From positions 2,474-66,473 of the forward strand of contig JADFLW010000006.1 of the NCBI GenBank assembly GCA_022564195.1: DNA of 64,000 nt. The letters are read 5' to 3'. Below are positions 18,987 through 28,172 of the stretch, in pieces. Numbering within the stretch: the stretch's first letter is position 1; the number at the start of each line of letters is the position of its first letter. The notes under the pieces are model-generated. The model had not been told where the DNA came from. It did not search any database and saw only the letters and a list, made by a program, of their open reading frames with translations. Origin of the DNA: Patescibacteria group bacterium. Lineage in GTDB: Bacteria > Patescibacteriota > Microgenomatia > UBA1400 > Chisholmbacteraceae. The position numbers were made by a program, and so were the translations under genes.

Positions 18987-19427
18987 CTATCCTCGACTCT
19001 TAAGCGCCCGTGCCGCCTCCCGCTCAAGATCCAGGCGACGCTTCGCTTCTCGTTTTTCGTATTTCTTCTTCCCACGCCCCAGTCCCAGCTTGACCTTCAC
19101 GAAGCGTCCGCTCATGTAGCAAGCAAGTGGCACCAAGGCCAACCGCTTCCCCTCCATCTTATGGGAAAGCGCCAGGATCTCCTTCTTATGAAGAAGAAGT
19201 TTTTTGGATCTTGCTGGATCGTATCCCCTGGCATCGGCATGTCGATACGCAGGAACGACAAAATTATGAAGCCACGCCTCCCCATCTTTGATCCGAACAA
19301 ACGACCCAATGAGCGATCCCCTGCCTTCCCGTAAACTCTTCACTTCCGCCCCTGTAAGCGCAACGCCCGCCTCAATCTCATCAATGATCTGATAATCGTG
19401 CTTCGCTCTCCTGTTAACAATCCTCAT
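18987..19427 (-). CDS. smpB: SsrA-binding protein SmpB
   Basis: KHDYQIIDEIEAGVALTGAEVKSLREGR...LLLHKKEI...GKRLALVPL...GRFVKVKLGLGRGKKKYEKRE is classic SmpB. Confidence 0.95.
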   Translation of the reverse strand: MRIVNRRAKHDYQIIDEIEAGVALTGAEVKSLREGRGSLIGSFVRIKDGEAWLHNFVVPAYRHADARGYDPARSKKLLLHKKEILALSHKMEGKRLALVPLACYMSGRFVKVKLGLGRGKKKYEKREAKRRLDLEREAARALKSRG

Positions 19428-19546
19428 AGTAAAAATTCAAATTTCCAAATGTTTAAAACTATATTTTCTATTTTGTCGTTAGTTTTTTTGGTCATTCGTG
19501 CTTGTTTAGGATTTCGTGCTTCGTGCTTCGAATTTCCAGGGAGTAA

Positions 19547-21562
19547 TCACTCCCTGAACCCTATCTCATAGATATCCGATCCAGACAAAAGCAAAATTTT
19601 CCCTTCCGTCTCACTCACCACCATATCCGAAACCGAACGAATCCCATCCCAAAGATACTGTTTTCGATATTCTCCGCTTTTATCCAAAACCACAACCCGC
19701 CGATTTCCGCGATCAAGGACATAGAGTCGCTCACTGTCATCGTCAGTATAAAGTGCAACAGGTTCCACAAACGGCACATCCAATCCCGTAATGCTGAAAA
19801 CCTCTGGAACACCTCGCCTGAAATGGAGAATGTCGTCGTTTGTAAGCACCCAAATATCGCCATCAATGGCCATAGCGACAGCGCCTGATAAATCGGGAAC
19901 GATACCCTCCCCAAACCATCGGCGCCGAGGACCAAAACCGCCTTCAGTCCCCTGGTATTGAAAAATCTCACCGTTATCGCGATCAAGAAGGTAAAGGTTG
20001 CCTCCAAAAACTTCAAGATCGACAATCCCCCCCCACTCAGGATCAGGCTCAACCACCACAGCAGACGTCTTTCGGGACAGAGAAACCTCCACCACGCCGC
20101 TATCAGAAATTACAAACCCGCGGCCAGCATACACCGATGCCAGCTGAGCTTCGGACAGCAGCGGTCCGCCTCCCACAGAATCTGCCGACTTATTCGCCAC
20201 ACTCATACGAAGAAGCACGCCTGAAGCCCGATCAAGCACAACCAGCGTATCTTCATGAAGGCCCAACGCCTCAGCATAGGTATTTGATCGGACCAAAGAA
20301 AGATCCAAGAACACATCCGCCTCCTCAATCCGATGCTCCCCAGACACCTGCTCGAGCATCAAGGAAATCTCTTCAAGTCGATCAGAGAGCCGCTCACGGT
20401 GCGCCTTGGAAAATGCGGCTGCTGTGTCGGAAAGGCCCTCTTCAATCTGCTGCTTTGCCTGGGAAAGAAGCGCTCGAGACCGCAGCGGATTAAGCTCAAT
20501 CAGGGTCAGTGCTTCATTGTACTGATGGTCGGCAACTTCCCAAATCGCGCCAAAGGCCTGCTCTCGCCCCTCCTCTACTCTCCGCCTCCACCCAAAGAAA
20601 ATGCTCAAACCAAGCAGGACGAGGAGGGAAAAAGCCACAGAGAACATCAAGCGCCTGTGTCGACGTTCTTCTCCCCGAACAATAATCTCTCCCTCTTCAA
20701 GCGCGGGGGAACCTGTTGGCCGCCGACGCAAGTGAGCAACCCCTTTTCGTGCTCTTTCCCAAAAACCAGCCAACCTGGTCCAAAAAAAGCGAGTCTTGCC
20801 TCCATCAAGTTCCGGTGCCGTCGCCGACTCCGAAGCTTCTGCTCTCTCCCGCTCTTCAGGCCCAGAAACCAAAGTCGCTTCATCCCGCAGCGCTTTGCCA
20901 AAGGAAGCGATCACTGCCGCCACGCCACTGCTCTCTTGAGTTCCATGAACCTGTGGGGCAAGGACTGAGCTGATCTCATCCGGATCACGCAAAAGCAGGG
21001 ACTTCCGTAACAGCTCAGGAGAAACAAGGCGAAAAAACTCCCCACTTCCCAACAGCAGGACATCGCCGCTCTTGACAAAACCACTGGCAACAACCACCTT
21101 CCCCGATTTGCGAGACTCCTCCCGGCCATCAACCGCAAGCACCCGATAGAGCCGATCGTCCCGCAACACCACACAAGATCCCGAACCAACGCCGGCAAAA
21201 TAGCAAACCCCAAGCCTACCGGGAGTCTCCGTTGGCAGAAAAACCCCAGCAACAAGGTGCACAACAACTTGCTCAAACTCATGTGAGACCACTTTAACGG
21301 TATCTACAAGGTGGGTAAGCACAGACACATCGCGGGCCTCAACGCCATAGTACTGTTCATGGAAACGCTGGATCACTTCCTTCCCAAAAGAAGGCATATC
21401 AACATCATTGTCTTCAGGAGATTCTAGGGCCTGAAGCAGAACGACAAGAAGAAGCGTTCCATGAGAGGAGAGCTTCTCATGAGAAGGCTCAAAGGTATGA
21501 ACTTGAGACCAACGATCCGGGCTCGCAGCACCGACAATTTTTGAAAGAGAAACTCTAGTCAT
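19547..21562 (-). CDS. large membrane-anchored protein (N-terminal globular domain, one TM helix, C-terminal NHL/beta-propeller-like repeats)
   Basis: Start set at MTRVSLSK (ATG 21562). The 74 upstream codons of the track ORF are Cys-rich junk and overlap a better small ORF. TM helix LMFSVAFSLLVLLGLSIFFGW. C-terminal repeats YLLDRDNGEIFQYQG / YVLDRGNRRVVVLDKSG. Confidence 0.5.
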   Translation of the reverse strand: MTRVSLSKIVGAASPDRWSQVHTFEPSHEKLSSHGTLLLVVLLQALESPEDNDVDMPSFGKEVIQRFHEQYYGVEARDVSVLTHLVDTVKVVSHEFEQVVVHLVAGVFLPTETPGRLGVCYFAGVGSGSCVVLRDDRLYRVLAVDGREESRKSGKVVVASGFVKSGDVLLLGSGEFFRLVSPELLRKSLLLRDPDEISSVLAPQVHGTQESSGVAAVIASFGKALRDEATLVSGPEERERAEASESATAPELDGGKTRFFWTRLAGFWERARKGVAHLRRRPTGSPALEEGEIIVRGEERRHRRLMFSVAFSLLVLLGLSIFFGWRRRVEEGREQAFGAIWEVADHQYNEALTLIELNPLRSRALLSQAKQQIEEGLSDTAAAFSKAHRERLSDRLEEISLMLEQVSGEHRIEEADVFLDLSLVRSNTYAEALGLHEDTLVVLDRASGVLLRMSVANKSADSVGGGPLLSEAQLASVYAGRGFVISDSGVVEVSLSRKTSAVVVEPDPEWGGIVDLEVFGGNLYLLDRDNGEIFQYQGTEGGFGPRRRWFGEGIVPDLSGAVAMAIDGDIWVLTNDDILHFRRGVPEVFSITGLDVPFVEPVALYTDDDSERLYVLDRGNRRVVVLDKSGEYRKQYLWDGIRSVSDMVVSETEGKILLLSGSDIYEIGFRE

Positions 21563-21591
21563 GGCTATCCGAAAGCAAGGGGGTAGGCGGT

Positions 21592-21837
21592 TTAAAGGAA
21601 CAGCAAAGCTAAAAGAAAAATGCCAACCGCGAAAGCAAAATGGACCCAGGCTACCGCCCGTATCTTCCCATCCAGCTCCCCGGTGACCGTTCGGGCCATG
21701 AGCTGCACTTGTCGGATCACCACAACAGCAAAAGCCAAATAGAGAAGCAAACCCACAAGCACAAAAAGCTTCGCAATACCCCAAATGCTTTGCTCAAATT
21801 CCGCAGGAATCTGGACCAACGCTTGCCCAACCAACAT
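21592..21837 (-). CDS. small hydrophobic membrane protein (81 aa)
   Basis: Two predicted TM helices. Preferred over the alternative-frame N-terminal extension of the downstream gene. Confidence 0.35.
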   Translation of the reverse strand: MLVGQALVQIPAEFEQSIWGIAKLFVLVGLLLYLAFAVVVIRQVQLMARTVTGELDGKIRAVAWVHFAFAVGIFLLALLFL

Positions 21838-21872
21838 GCTGCTAAATCTCCCTAAACGCTCGACGCTTCCTC

Positions 21873-22532
21873 CTATCTCACCCTTCCCTCAATCTTCTCT
21901 TGCTCTTCTTCTATGATAAGCTCGTTCAACACCTTGGCAACCCGATCCGGACGGGGAACATCGTCAAAATCAAACTCCCGACGCTGCCCTGCGGTCTGGA
22001 TATACACGGTTCCGTAGTTTAAAAGCGACCGCAATGCTCCTCCCATCACGAAGGTCACGTCCTGGATGTTATCAATCTTCATATCAGACACCTCTTTATA
22101 AAGAAGCGAGTGAAAATCAACATCAACAATACGCTCATCCGTGATGATATGAACGTTGTAGTACCAGGAAAGGAAATGCTCAAAAATGTACGCGGTGACC
22201 AGAAGGTACCACATCACGATAATCACAATTTGAAAACGAGTCGGGAAAAAGCCAACCAGGGGGACAAAACTCCAAAACGCCGGGACGACAAAAAGGAAAA
22301 GCGCCGTCAATACCCACCCAATGTTCGTAATCACATGGCGACGCAGCAAAAGGATAATCTTCTCCTCACGATCCTGGGTTTCAAAATGCACCTTGGGTTT
22401 GACCATGTAGGACGAGAGGGGGTTGTGGGTTGGCCGCTCATGCAACATGCTCTCCGGCATGGGGAGGTGATGAGGCTCTCCCTTCGTTTGAGATGAAATT
22501 GACTTATTAGATGGACTGAGTTCCCCCACCAT
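21873..22532 (-). CDS. bacterial PH-domain (bPH_2/YdbT-like) membrane protein
   Basis: Two TM helices followed by a PH-like region: RIVDVDFHSLLYKEVSDMKIDNIQDV...GTVYIQTAGQRREFDFDDVPRPDRV. Confidence 0.5.
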   Translation of the reverse strand: MVGELSPSNKSISSQTKGEPHHLPMPESMLHERPTHNPLSSYMVKPKVHFETQDREEKIILLLRRHVITNIGWVLTALFLFVVPAFWSFVPLVGFFPTRFQIVIIVMWYLLVTAYIFEHFLSWYYNVHIITDERIVDVDFHSLLYKEVSDMKIDNIQDVTFVMGGALRSLLNYGTVYIQTAGQRREFDFDDVPRPDRVAKVLNELIIEEEQEKIEGRVR

Positions 22533-22566
22533 GCTCCTATCTTAACCCTTCTTCTAATGTATCCTA

Positions 22567-24318
22567 CTATGTTTTCTCGAGGTTATAAAGCGGACTATAG
22601 ATCGCGATATAACCTGGAGCCCGCAGGTTGAACGCTTTCTTGAACTCGCTCCCTGAAATCGTTAACGGCCCACGATTGGTATCAAACGTGACACTCGCCG
22701 TTTCCCCACTGTTTGAGTAGGTAACGGAAACTCCTTGAACACTGGTATAGGCTCCCCCGAAGCTATTTGCACGATCCTTGAGTTCAGCGATTGAGTAGGG
22801 GTTCCCACTCACCCCTCCGATCTGGCATTGGTTGATCGTCACGGGCATAATTCGCTCATCACTCTCACGCGAAAGTACCAACCATGCATTCAAGATATCT
22901 GCCATCTCCTCCTGCGAGAGCCAAGGGTGACTGCGACCACAAGTCGCTGAACCTGCCCTATACGTCTGGGTGTACCAGGAGCTGTAAAACCAAGGCGATC
23001 CTGCCTTGCTTTCCCAAGCTCGACTGGGAAAACCGGAGCCGCCTTGTCCGTCAGTGGTATCCCATATCCCCCGTGGGTAAGTCAGATACCCTCCCGCAGT
23101 TGAGGAATAGAAAGCCGTAATCCCATCCACCACCTGACCGCGAGTCTCTTCCACCGCCCTCCGCCACTCCAAAGGCGGACTATCAGCTTTGCTCTTGGAA
23201 AATACCTGACAGGACTCGGTCGTGCAGATCGCCCGACCCTCACTTTTATAACGGTAGGCAAAACTGCGGGCTGCAATCGCCTGAGCTTTCAGTGCCTCGT
23301 TGGGCCAGCTCGATGGCATCTCCGCAATTCCCATGAGGTAGTAGCCTTCAAAATCCAAGTCCCCATAGCCGACAACCGAAATTGACCCTCCGGTATCTTT
23401 TCCTTCTGGGCCTTTTCCATAATAGGCGTTAATTATGTCGCTGGTGCTCTGACCAGCTTCCGCTCGTCCCTTGGCTCCGTACTGGCTCATTCCCTTGCGA
23501 TGTGTCCAAGCTCCGAATGAAAATGCTCCAAAATACCCTCCTCCCGGACTGCAAAAAACCGGACTCCCCGGTGGTCCGGAGCAGGAAATCGAAGAAACCG
23601 GCACCTCACCTACGCTAGAAGTAAATGTACCAGATCTTCCCTGTAATATCGCCTGTTGCCTTGCCGTCAGCTCCGAAATCTTACTGGAAAGCTCTGCCTG
23701 GTACTCCTTCGCACCAGCAATCTCTCCCCGGAAAAACCCCGCTTCCCGATCGAGTTGTGCTTGCAGCCCAGCCAGCCGGCTCCGTTGGACTTCAACGCTT
23801 GCCTTATCCCCCTCAAGCGTAATGAGATCGGAGGTGACGGAAACAATGATCCGCTTATCTTCACTGGCGGCCGCCGACTGATAGGAGATGTTGCGAGCAA
23901 GATCAGACGCACTCGCGGAAGAGAAAAAAACCAAAAGCGGTGAGAAGCGCTTTGTCCGCTTATAAAAGCTTCTGATGCGCGCCGACAAAAGCGCATACTG
24001 AAAGGAAAGATCCTCTTCGCGTGCTTCAATGCTCGCTTCAAGCTCATCAGTCCGCCGCGCCGCCGCAGTGAGCTGCCGCTCGATCCCATCAATCTGTGTT
24101 TCTAAACGTTCAACCTCTGCCTCCAACGGAGTGGTCGCCGCAACTGAGAGCTCCCGCGCCCGCGTTAAATCCTCAAGCTGCTTGGCAATATCCAACAGCT
24201 CATCCGCCTTTACCCCGGAATTCAAAAAGCCTACAAATCCAAGAAGCAAAACCAAAAGCAGCACAATGCCAATTCTTCGAAAGAGATTTGAGATTTTCAC
24301 TTCTTCCATTATACCCAT
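22567..24318 (-). CDS. SpoIID/LytB domain protein (peptidoglycan remodelling) with N-terminal coiled coil
   Basis: TM anchor, long coiled coil, then a SpoIID-like core: THRKGMSQYGAKGRAEAG...YYLMGIAEMPSSWPNEALKAQAIAARSFA. Confidence 0.7.
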   Translation of the reverse strand: MGIMEEVKISNLFRRIGIVLLLVLLLGFVGFLNSGVKADELLDIAKQLEDLTRARELSVAATTPLEAEVERLETQIDGIERQLTAAARRTDELEASIEAREEDLSFQYALLSARIRSFYKRTKRFSPLLVFFSSASASDLARNISYQSAAASEDKRIIVSVTSDLITLEGDKASVEVQRSRLAGLQAQLDREAGFFRGEIAGAKEYQAELSSKISELTARQQAILQGRSGTFTSSVGEVPVSSISCSGPPGSPVFCSPGGGYFGAFSFGAWTHRKGMSQYGAKGRAEAGQSTSDIINAYYGKGPEGKDTGGSISVVGYGDLDFEGYYLMGIAEMPSSWPNEALKAQAIAARSFAYRYKSEGRAICTTESCQVFSKSKADSPPLEWRRAVEETRGQVVDGITAFYSSTAGGYLTYPRGIWDTTDGQGGSGFPSRAWESKAGSPWFYSSWYTQTYRAGSATCGRSHPWLSQEEMADILNAWLVLSRESDERIMPVTINQCQIGGVSGNPYSIAELKDRANSFGGAYTSVQGVSVTYSNSGETASVTFDTNRGPLTISGSEFKKAFNLRAPGYIAIYSPLYNLEKT

Positions 24319-24507
24319 CTCCTCTCAGAGAATCAGAATCTACAAAAAATCCAGCAATTCGCAGTGTAGCAATGTAACCATTGAGCAATGGGACAATGAT
24401 TCAATGACGCTATACCCTTATTCCCGAAACGCTCGTCCTGAGCTCTGTCGAAGGGCTAAACGCCTATATTGTCCTCTTCCCTACTTCTCTGCTACACTCA
24501 ATATAGG

Positions 24508-25269
24508 ATGAAGAAAGTAGTAATCTCTTTAATATCCTTGCTGCTTCTCGCAAGCTCCGTTCTGCTGTTCCCGAGAATAGCCCACGCCGCCCCCGACCGA
24601 TGTGAAGCTATCAACATATCCCCAAGCGGTCTTACAATCTGTGCAGGAGAATTTGGGAGTGAAAATGATTGTCTTGCTCACATCCTTGAAGTGAGAACCC
24701 CTGGCCCATCAGCGGAGTGTGAGCAAACGTTTCCCTTTGACACCTGCGCAGAAGATGCCAACGGCTGGTTTACCTGTGTCACTGCTTCAGGCCCTGCCTC
24801 CGGTTGCGAAGATAGAAATCTGGATTATCGGGCCAGAAGAGGATTTTTAGGCACAACCTGGTGCAAACTAACAATCAACCTAACCGGCGATGAAGGGGAA
24901 ACAATTGGCATCGGTGGCGGTGGTGCTGGCGATTACTTCAAGCCTACAGAATGCCCGTGTCCAAAAGGGTTCACTGGAGAGTTCTGCGCAGACAATCCTG
25001 CAATCGAAACAGCCTTAGGATGCATCCCGACCCACCCCCTCTATTTCGTCGGCAGTATTCGCGACCTCTTAATAGGTGTTGGCGGAGGGATCGCGCTTCT
25101 TTTGATGATCATCGGCGCATTCTTCGTCCTCACCTCGCAAGGTCAACCGGAGCGGGTGCAACGTGGGAAAGAGATATTTGTCGGGGCGCTCGTAGGACTC
25201 CTCATCATGATTTTCGCAGTCTTTTTGCTGCAGCTCATCGGCGTTGATATACTTGGCTTGTTTATTTAA
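24508..25269 (+). CDS. TrbC/VirB2-like pilin with a large Cys-rich N-terminal extracellular domain (paralog 1 of 9)
   Basis: Signal peptide MKKVVISLISLLLLASSVLLFPRIAHA. C-terminus has two hydrophobic helices around LTSQGQPERVQRGKEIFVGALVGLLIMIFAVFLL, the same architecture as the 30.0-32.8 kb pilin array. Confidence 0.55.
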   Translation: MKKVVISLISLLLLASSVLLFPRIAHAAPDRCEAINISPSGLTICAGEFGSENDCLAHILEVRTPGPSAECEQTFPFDTCAEDANGWFTCVTASGPASGCEDRNLDYRARRGFLGTTWCKLTINLTGDEGETIGIGGGGAGDYFKPTECPCPKGFTGEFCADNPAIETALGCIPTHPLYFVGSIRDLLIGVGGGIALLLMIIGAFFVLTSQGQPERVQRGKEIFVGALVGLLIMIFAVFLLQLIGVDILGLFI

Positions 25270-25280
25270 TAAAAGAACAT

Positions 25281-25667
25281 ATGCTTCTAGTGATGGGCCC
25301 CATCAATGTCGAAAGGGGGATATCTCTGCTCGCAGCCGCCTTCTGTGTTCCTTGGGGTGGAGGATGGTACTGCTCCTCAGCTCCGGAAGGTTTTGGCAGT
25401 GGAACGGGTGACGTCTCCAGCCTTGGCGCCATCCTCATAAGCCTCATGGACTACGTCTTCGTCATCGCCGGAATCATTCTTCTTTTCATGATCATCGCCT
25501 CCGGCTACACCCTGCTCACCTCAGCAGGAAACCCCGAAGCCATCGCCAAAGGCAAAAGCCGCTTGACCGCAGCCCTCATCGGATTCATCATCGTCTTCGC
25601 CGCGTTCTGGATCTTCCAAATTATCGAACTGCTCCTGGGGGGTGTAGGGACCGTCTTCACGCCGTAA
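25281..25667 (+). CDS. TrbC/VirB2-like pilin (paralog 2)
   Basis: LTSAGNPEAIAKGKSRLTAALIGFIIVFAAFWIFQII flanked by hydrophobic helices. Confidence 0.6.
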   Translation: MLLVMGPINVERGISLLAAAFCVPWGGGWYCSSAPEGFGSGTGDVSSLGAILISLMDYVFVIAGIILLFMIIASGYTLLTSAGNPEAIAKGKSRLTAALIGFIIVFAAFWIFQIIELLLGGVGTVFTP

Positions 25668-25674
25668 GCGGGGC

Positions 25675-26388
25675 TTATCGACCAAATCTCCGTTGTCTGC
25701 TTTGATATTCCGCAATAGCTTTATCAAACTCTTTCGGCGTAAAATCCGGCCAGTACGTGTCTGTAAAATACAATTCAGTGTACGCAATCTGCCACAACAT
25801 AAACCCTGAAAGCCGAAACTCCCCACCCGTCCGAATCAACAAATCCGGATCCGGCTGCCCCGCAGTATCCAAGAACTGAGCAAAGCTTTGCTCAGTTAAA
25901 TTTCGAATTTCGAATTTCGAATTTCGAATTTCTCCTGCGAGTGTCACAATAGCTCGCAGGAGCTCGTCCCTTCCTCCATAGCTCAAGGCAATATTCACCG
26001 TGATCGCGGAGTTATGTTTCGTCTTCTCAATCCACGCCTTGGTCTTTTCCTGAATGTCGTTGGGGAACATCGAAACATTACCAATAACGTTTATCTTCAC
26101 ATTCTTCCGATGAAAACTCTCAACCTTTTTCGATAAATTATCTCGAAAAATATTCAACAAAAACCCAACCTCCCGCTTCGTTCTCTTCCAATTCTCTGTG
26201 GAGAACGCCCAAAACGTAAGATAGCCAATCCCAAGCTCAATCGCCCGATCAACAATCGGCTCAATCCGCTCCTCACCCGCAAGATGCCCCTTCAAAGGGA
26301 AAAATCCTCGCTTTCTTGCCCATCTTCTGTTGCCATCCATGATGAGCGCCACATGCTGCGGAATGTTTGACGAATCTACGCGACCCAT
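25675..26388 (-). CDS. uppS: undecaprenyl diphosphate synthase (isoprenyl transferase) UppS
   Basis: HVALIMDGNRRWA...YLTFWAFSTENWKR...RTGGEFRLSGFMLWQIAYTELYFTD. Start at ATG 26388. Confidence 0.9.
   Translation of the reverse strand: MGRVDSSNIPQHVALIMDGNRRWARKRGFFPLKGHLAGEERIEPIVDRAIELGIGYLTFWAFSTENWKRTKREVGFLLNIFRDNLSKKVESFHRKNVKINVIGNVSMFPNDIQEKTKAWIEKTKHNSAITVNIALSYGGRDELLRAIVTLAGEIRNSKFEIRNLTEQSFAQFLDTAGQPDPDLLIRTGGEFRLSGFMLWQIAYTELYFTDTYWPDFTPKEFDKAIAEYQSRQRRFGR
25900..25932. repeat. heptanucleotide repeat (ATTTCGA) x 4.7 inside the uppS coding sequence, preceded by a perfect 20-bp palindrome (25876-25895)
   Basis: Encodes EIRNSKFEIRN in a variable loop of UppS. Palindrome ctgagcaaagctttgctcag. 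Confidence 0.9.
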
Positions 26389-26420
26389 TCCAACCTCCAA
26401 AGTCCGACTCTCGCCCCTAG

Positions 26421-27227
26421 TCACTTCTCCACCCTCGTTCCGAATACCCGCTTACCCCGCACCGCCTCCGACAAGCTTCCGTTGACAATCCCATCAATAA
26501 TAAGGCTCGGAACTCCACGTTTCGCCAGTGAAAGCGCCTCCTCAACCTTATGCGCCATTCCCCCCGTCACATCCACGCCACCCGATCCTCCCAACACTCC
26601 TTGGTACCGTTTGTAGTTTTTGCCGTTAATAAGCCGCACTGTCGTCCCATTCTCGTCATAAACGCCGTTGGTCAGTCCACAATGAATGATACGCTCAACA
26701 ACAAAACCCTTTTCCTGAAGGTGAAGCGCCAAGTAGCCCAACACTTTCTCCGTCGAGAAAACAGTACAGCCCAGCTTGACATCCATGATCTGATCCCCGT
26801 AGACAACCGGTAGAAGCCCAAGTCGTAAAAGCTCCTCTACGCTGTCCGTGCAGATGGACTTGATCCTGTGATTCTCAGCAACCATGATGCTCAACGGGCT
26901 TATCGAAACCGCATTCACGCGCTTTGCAAGAAGTGTCTTAATAACAATCCGATTAAGCTGGGCCGCCACGTCCGCAACCTCAGCAATTCCCCGATAACTC
27001 TCGCTATTGATAAGGCCTTTATGGGTCTGGTACTTTTTTGCCGGAAAATGTGCAAAAGAACCTGCTCCGTGCCCAACGATAAGATGCTTCCCCAGCTTTA
27101 ACGATTTCTTAATCTCTTGGCAGACCAGCAGTAAGGCTTTCTCTCTAATTGAGAATGGTTTGTTCTTATTGGTGATGAGGGAACCGCCAATTTTGACAAG
27201 GACGATCGGTGGTCTCGAATGTTTCAT
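26421..27227 (-). CDS. isopentenyl phosphate kinase (amino-acid-kinase fold)
   Basis: VLVKIGGSLITNK...VGHGAGSFAH glycine-rich kinase motifs, about 270 aa. ATG 27227 overlaps the upstream stop (ATGA). Confidence 0.6.
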   Translation of the reverse strand: MKHSRPPIVLVKIGGSLITNKNKPFSIREKALLLVCQEIKKSLKLGKHLIVGHGAGSFAHFPAKKYQTHKGLINSESYRGIAEVADVAAQLNRIVIKTLLAKRVNAVSISPLSIMVAENHRIKSICTDSVEELLRLGLLPVVYGDQIMDVKLGCTVFSTEKVLGYLALHLQEKGFVVERIIHCGLTNGVYDENGTTVRLINGKNYKRYQGVLGGSGGVDVTGGMAHKVEEALSLAKRGVPSLIIDGIVNGSLSEAVRGKRVFGTRVEK

Positions 27228-27535
27228 GCTGCCTCCGCGAACGAGTCGCGGCTCTTCTGCGCAAAGACCGGATCTTCCCAAAACCCCGCACCGCCGCTCA
27301 CGCCATTAAACCTCATATTTCTGGTGTTTGGAAAATAAACAGTTTCTCCCCCAATGTGTCCTTCAAGTTTATGTCCGTCAGGATCCCGGCGCAGGAAGAC
27401 TCTGCTCTCCTGGCCTAAAACAACCACCTGAATACCCCAGAATCGCGCTGCTTCCTGCTCAACCTCACTCCCCCGTTCCATGAATGAATCGTAAGTAAGA
27501 AGTGCTGAATTGGGGCGCTCAAAGTGAACGGCCAT
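27224..27535 (-). CDS. small glyoxalase/VOC-like protein (tentative)
   Basis: VFLRRDPDGHKLE resembles the VOC C-terminal beta-strand motif. Short; translationally coupled to IPK. Confidence 0.35.
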   Translation of the reverse strand: MAVHFERPNSALLTYDSFMERGSEVEQEAARFWGIQVVVLGQESRVFLRRDPDGHKLEGHIGGETVYFPNTRNMRFNGVSGGAGFWEDPVFAQKSRDSFAEAA

Positions 27536-28076
27536 TACCCTCCTCAAAAAGCTGTTTGACTTCCTCCCGCTCAACGATCATCCAAAACCATGGGGCATAC
27601 GACTCCGGATGCTGTACAATACCACGAACCAACTCTCGCCAACCGATCCAGCCCACTTCGGCCACTTCTTCTGGATTAGGACGGGCCGATCCGGAGTACT
27701 CCCCCACAATCACGGAGTCCAGCTCGTGCTCGCCCAATCCATCGCTGTATCGTACACGATACTCAAACCGATAAAGAGTTTTCAGTGCATCATGAGAGAT
27801 GGTAATCCCCAACTCTTCTTTGAGTCTCCGCACCCCACAGGACACATACCCCTCACCATCTCTCGGATGAGTACAACAGGTATTGGACCAGAAGAGAGGC
27901 CAGAGGAGTTTGTGTCTACTTCTTTTCTGAAGCAAAACTTCCTTGCCGCGTTGACCATCTCGATAAAGGAGCACTGAGATTGCCCGATGCAGCTGACCAC
28001 TATTCTGGTGGGCCTCAAGCTTCTCCATCAAGCCCAGCTCTTCATCTTTAGCATTGACCAAGATGACCTCATCCAT
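27519..28076 (-). CDS. idi: isopentenyl-diphosphate delta-isomerase type 1 (Nudix fold)
   Basis: HRAISVLLYRDG...LLQKRSRHKLLWPLFWSNTCCTHP...RRLKEELGI. Start at MDEVILV (ATG 28076). Confidence 0.8.
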   Translation of the reverse strand: MDEVILVNAKDEELGLMEKLEAHQNSGQLHRAISVLLYRDGQRGKEVLLQKRSRHKLLWPLFWSNTCCTHPRDGEGYVSCGVRRLKEELGITISHDALKTLYRFEYRVRYSDGLGEHELDSVIVGEYSGSARPNPEEVAEVGWIGWRELVRGIVQHPESYAPWFWMIVEREEVKQLFEEGNGRSL

Positions 28077-28172
28077 ATGTATTTCTTTCAACCAACTCAA
28101 AATTCTCGCACCACGGCCTGGCACTGAACGCGCAGCTTATCAACAGTCACAAAACGTCACGTAATCATCTAC

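Noticed and set aside
19536-19556. Perfect 8-bp-stem hairpin (ccagggagt-aatc-actccctg) as an intrinsic terminator
   Set aside because: No U-tract follows on either strand, and it overlaps the stop codon of the upstream gene. Recorded as a hairpin only.
19615-21282. Multiple 80-210-aa ORFs on both strands inside 19547-21562 (for example 20333-20968 plus, 20137-20493 plus)
   Set aside because: They are alternative frames of a long GC-rich coding region. They are Arg/Pro/Ser-rich with no motifs, typical antisense or off-frame artefacts.
21563-21784. 5' extension of the 745-aa ORF (MGYCEAFCACGF...)
   Set aside because: Cys/Gly-rich, non-protein-like composition that overlaps a hydrophobic small ORF in another frame. 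An internal ATG (21562) gives a sensible start.
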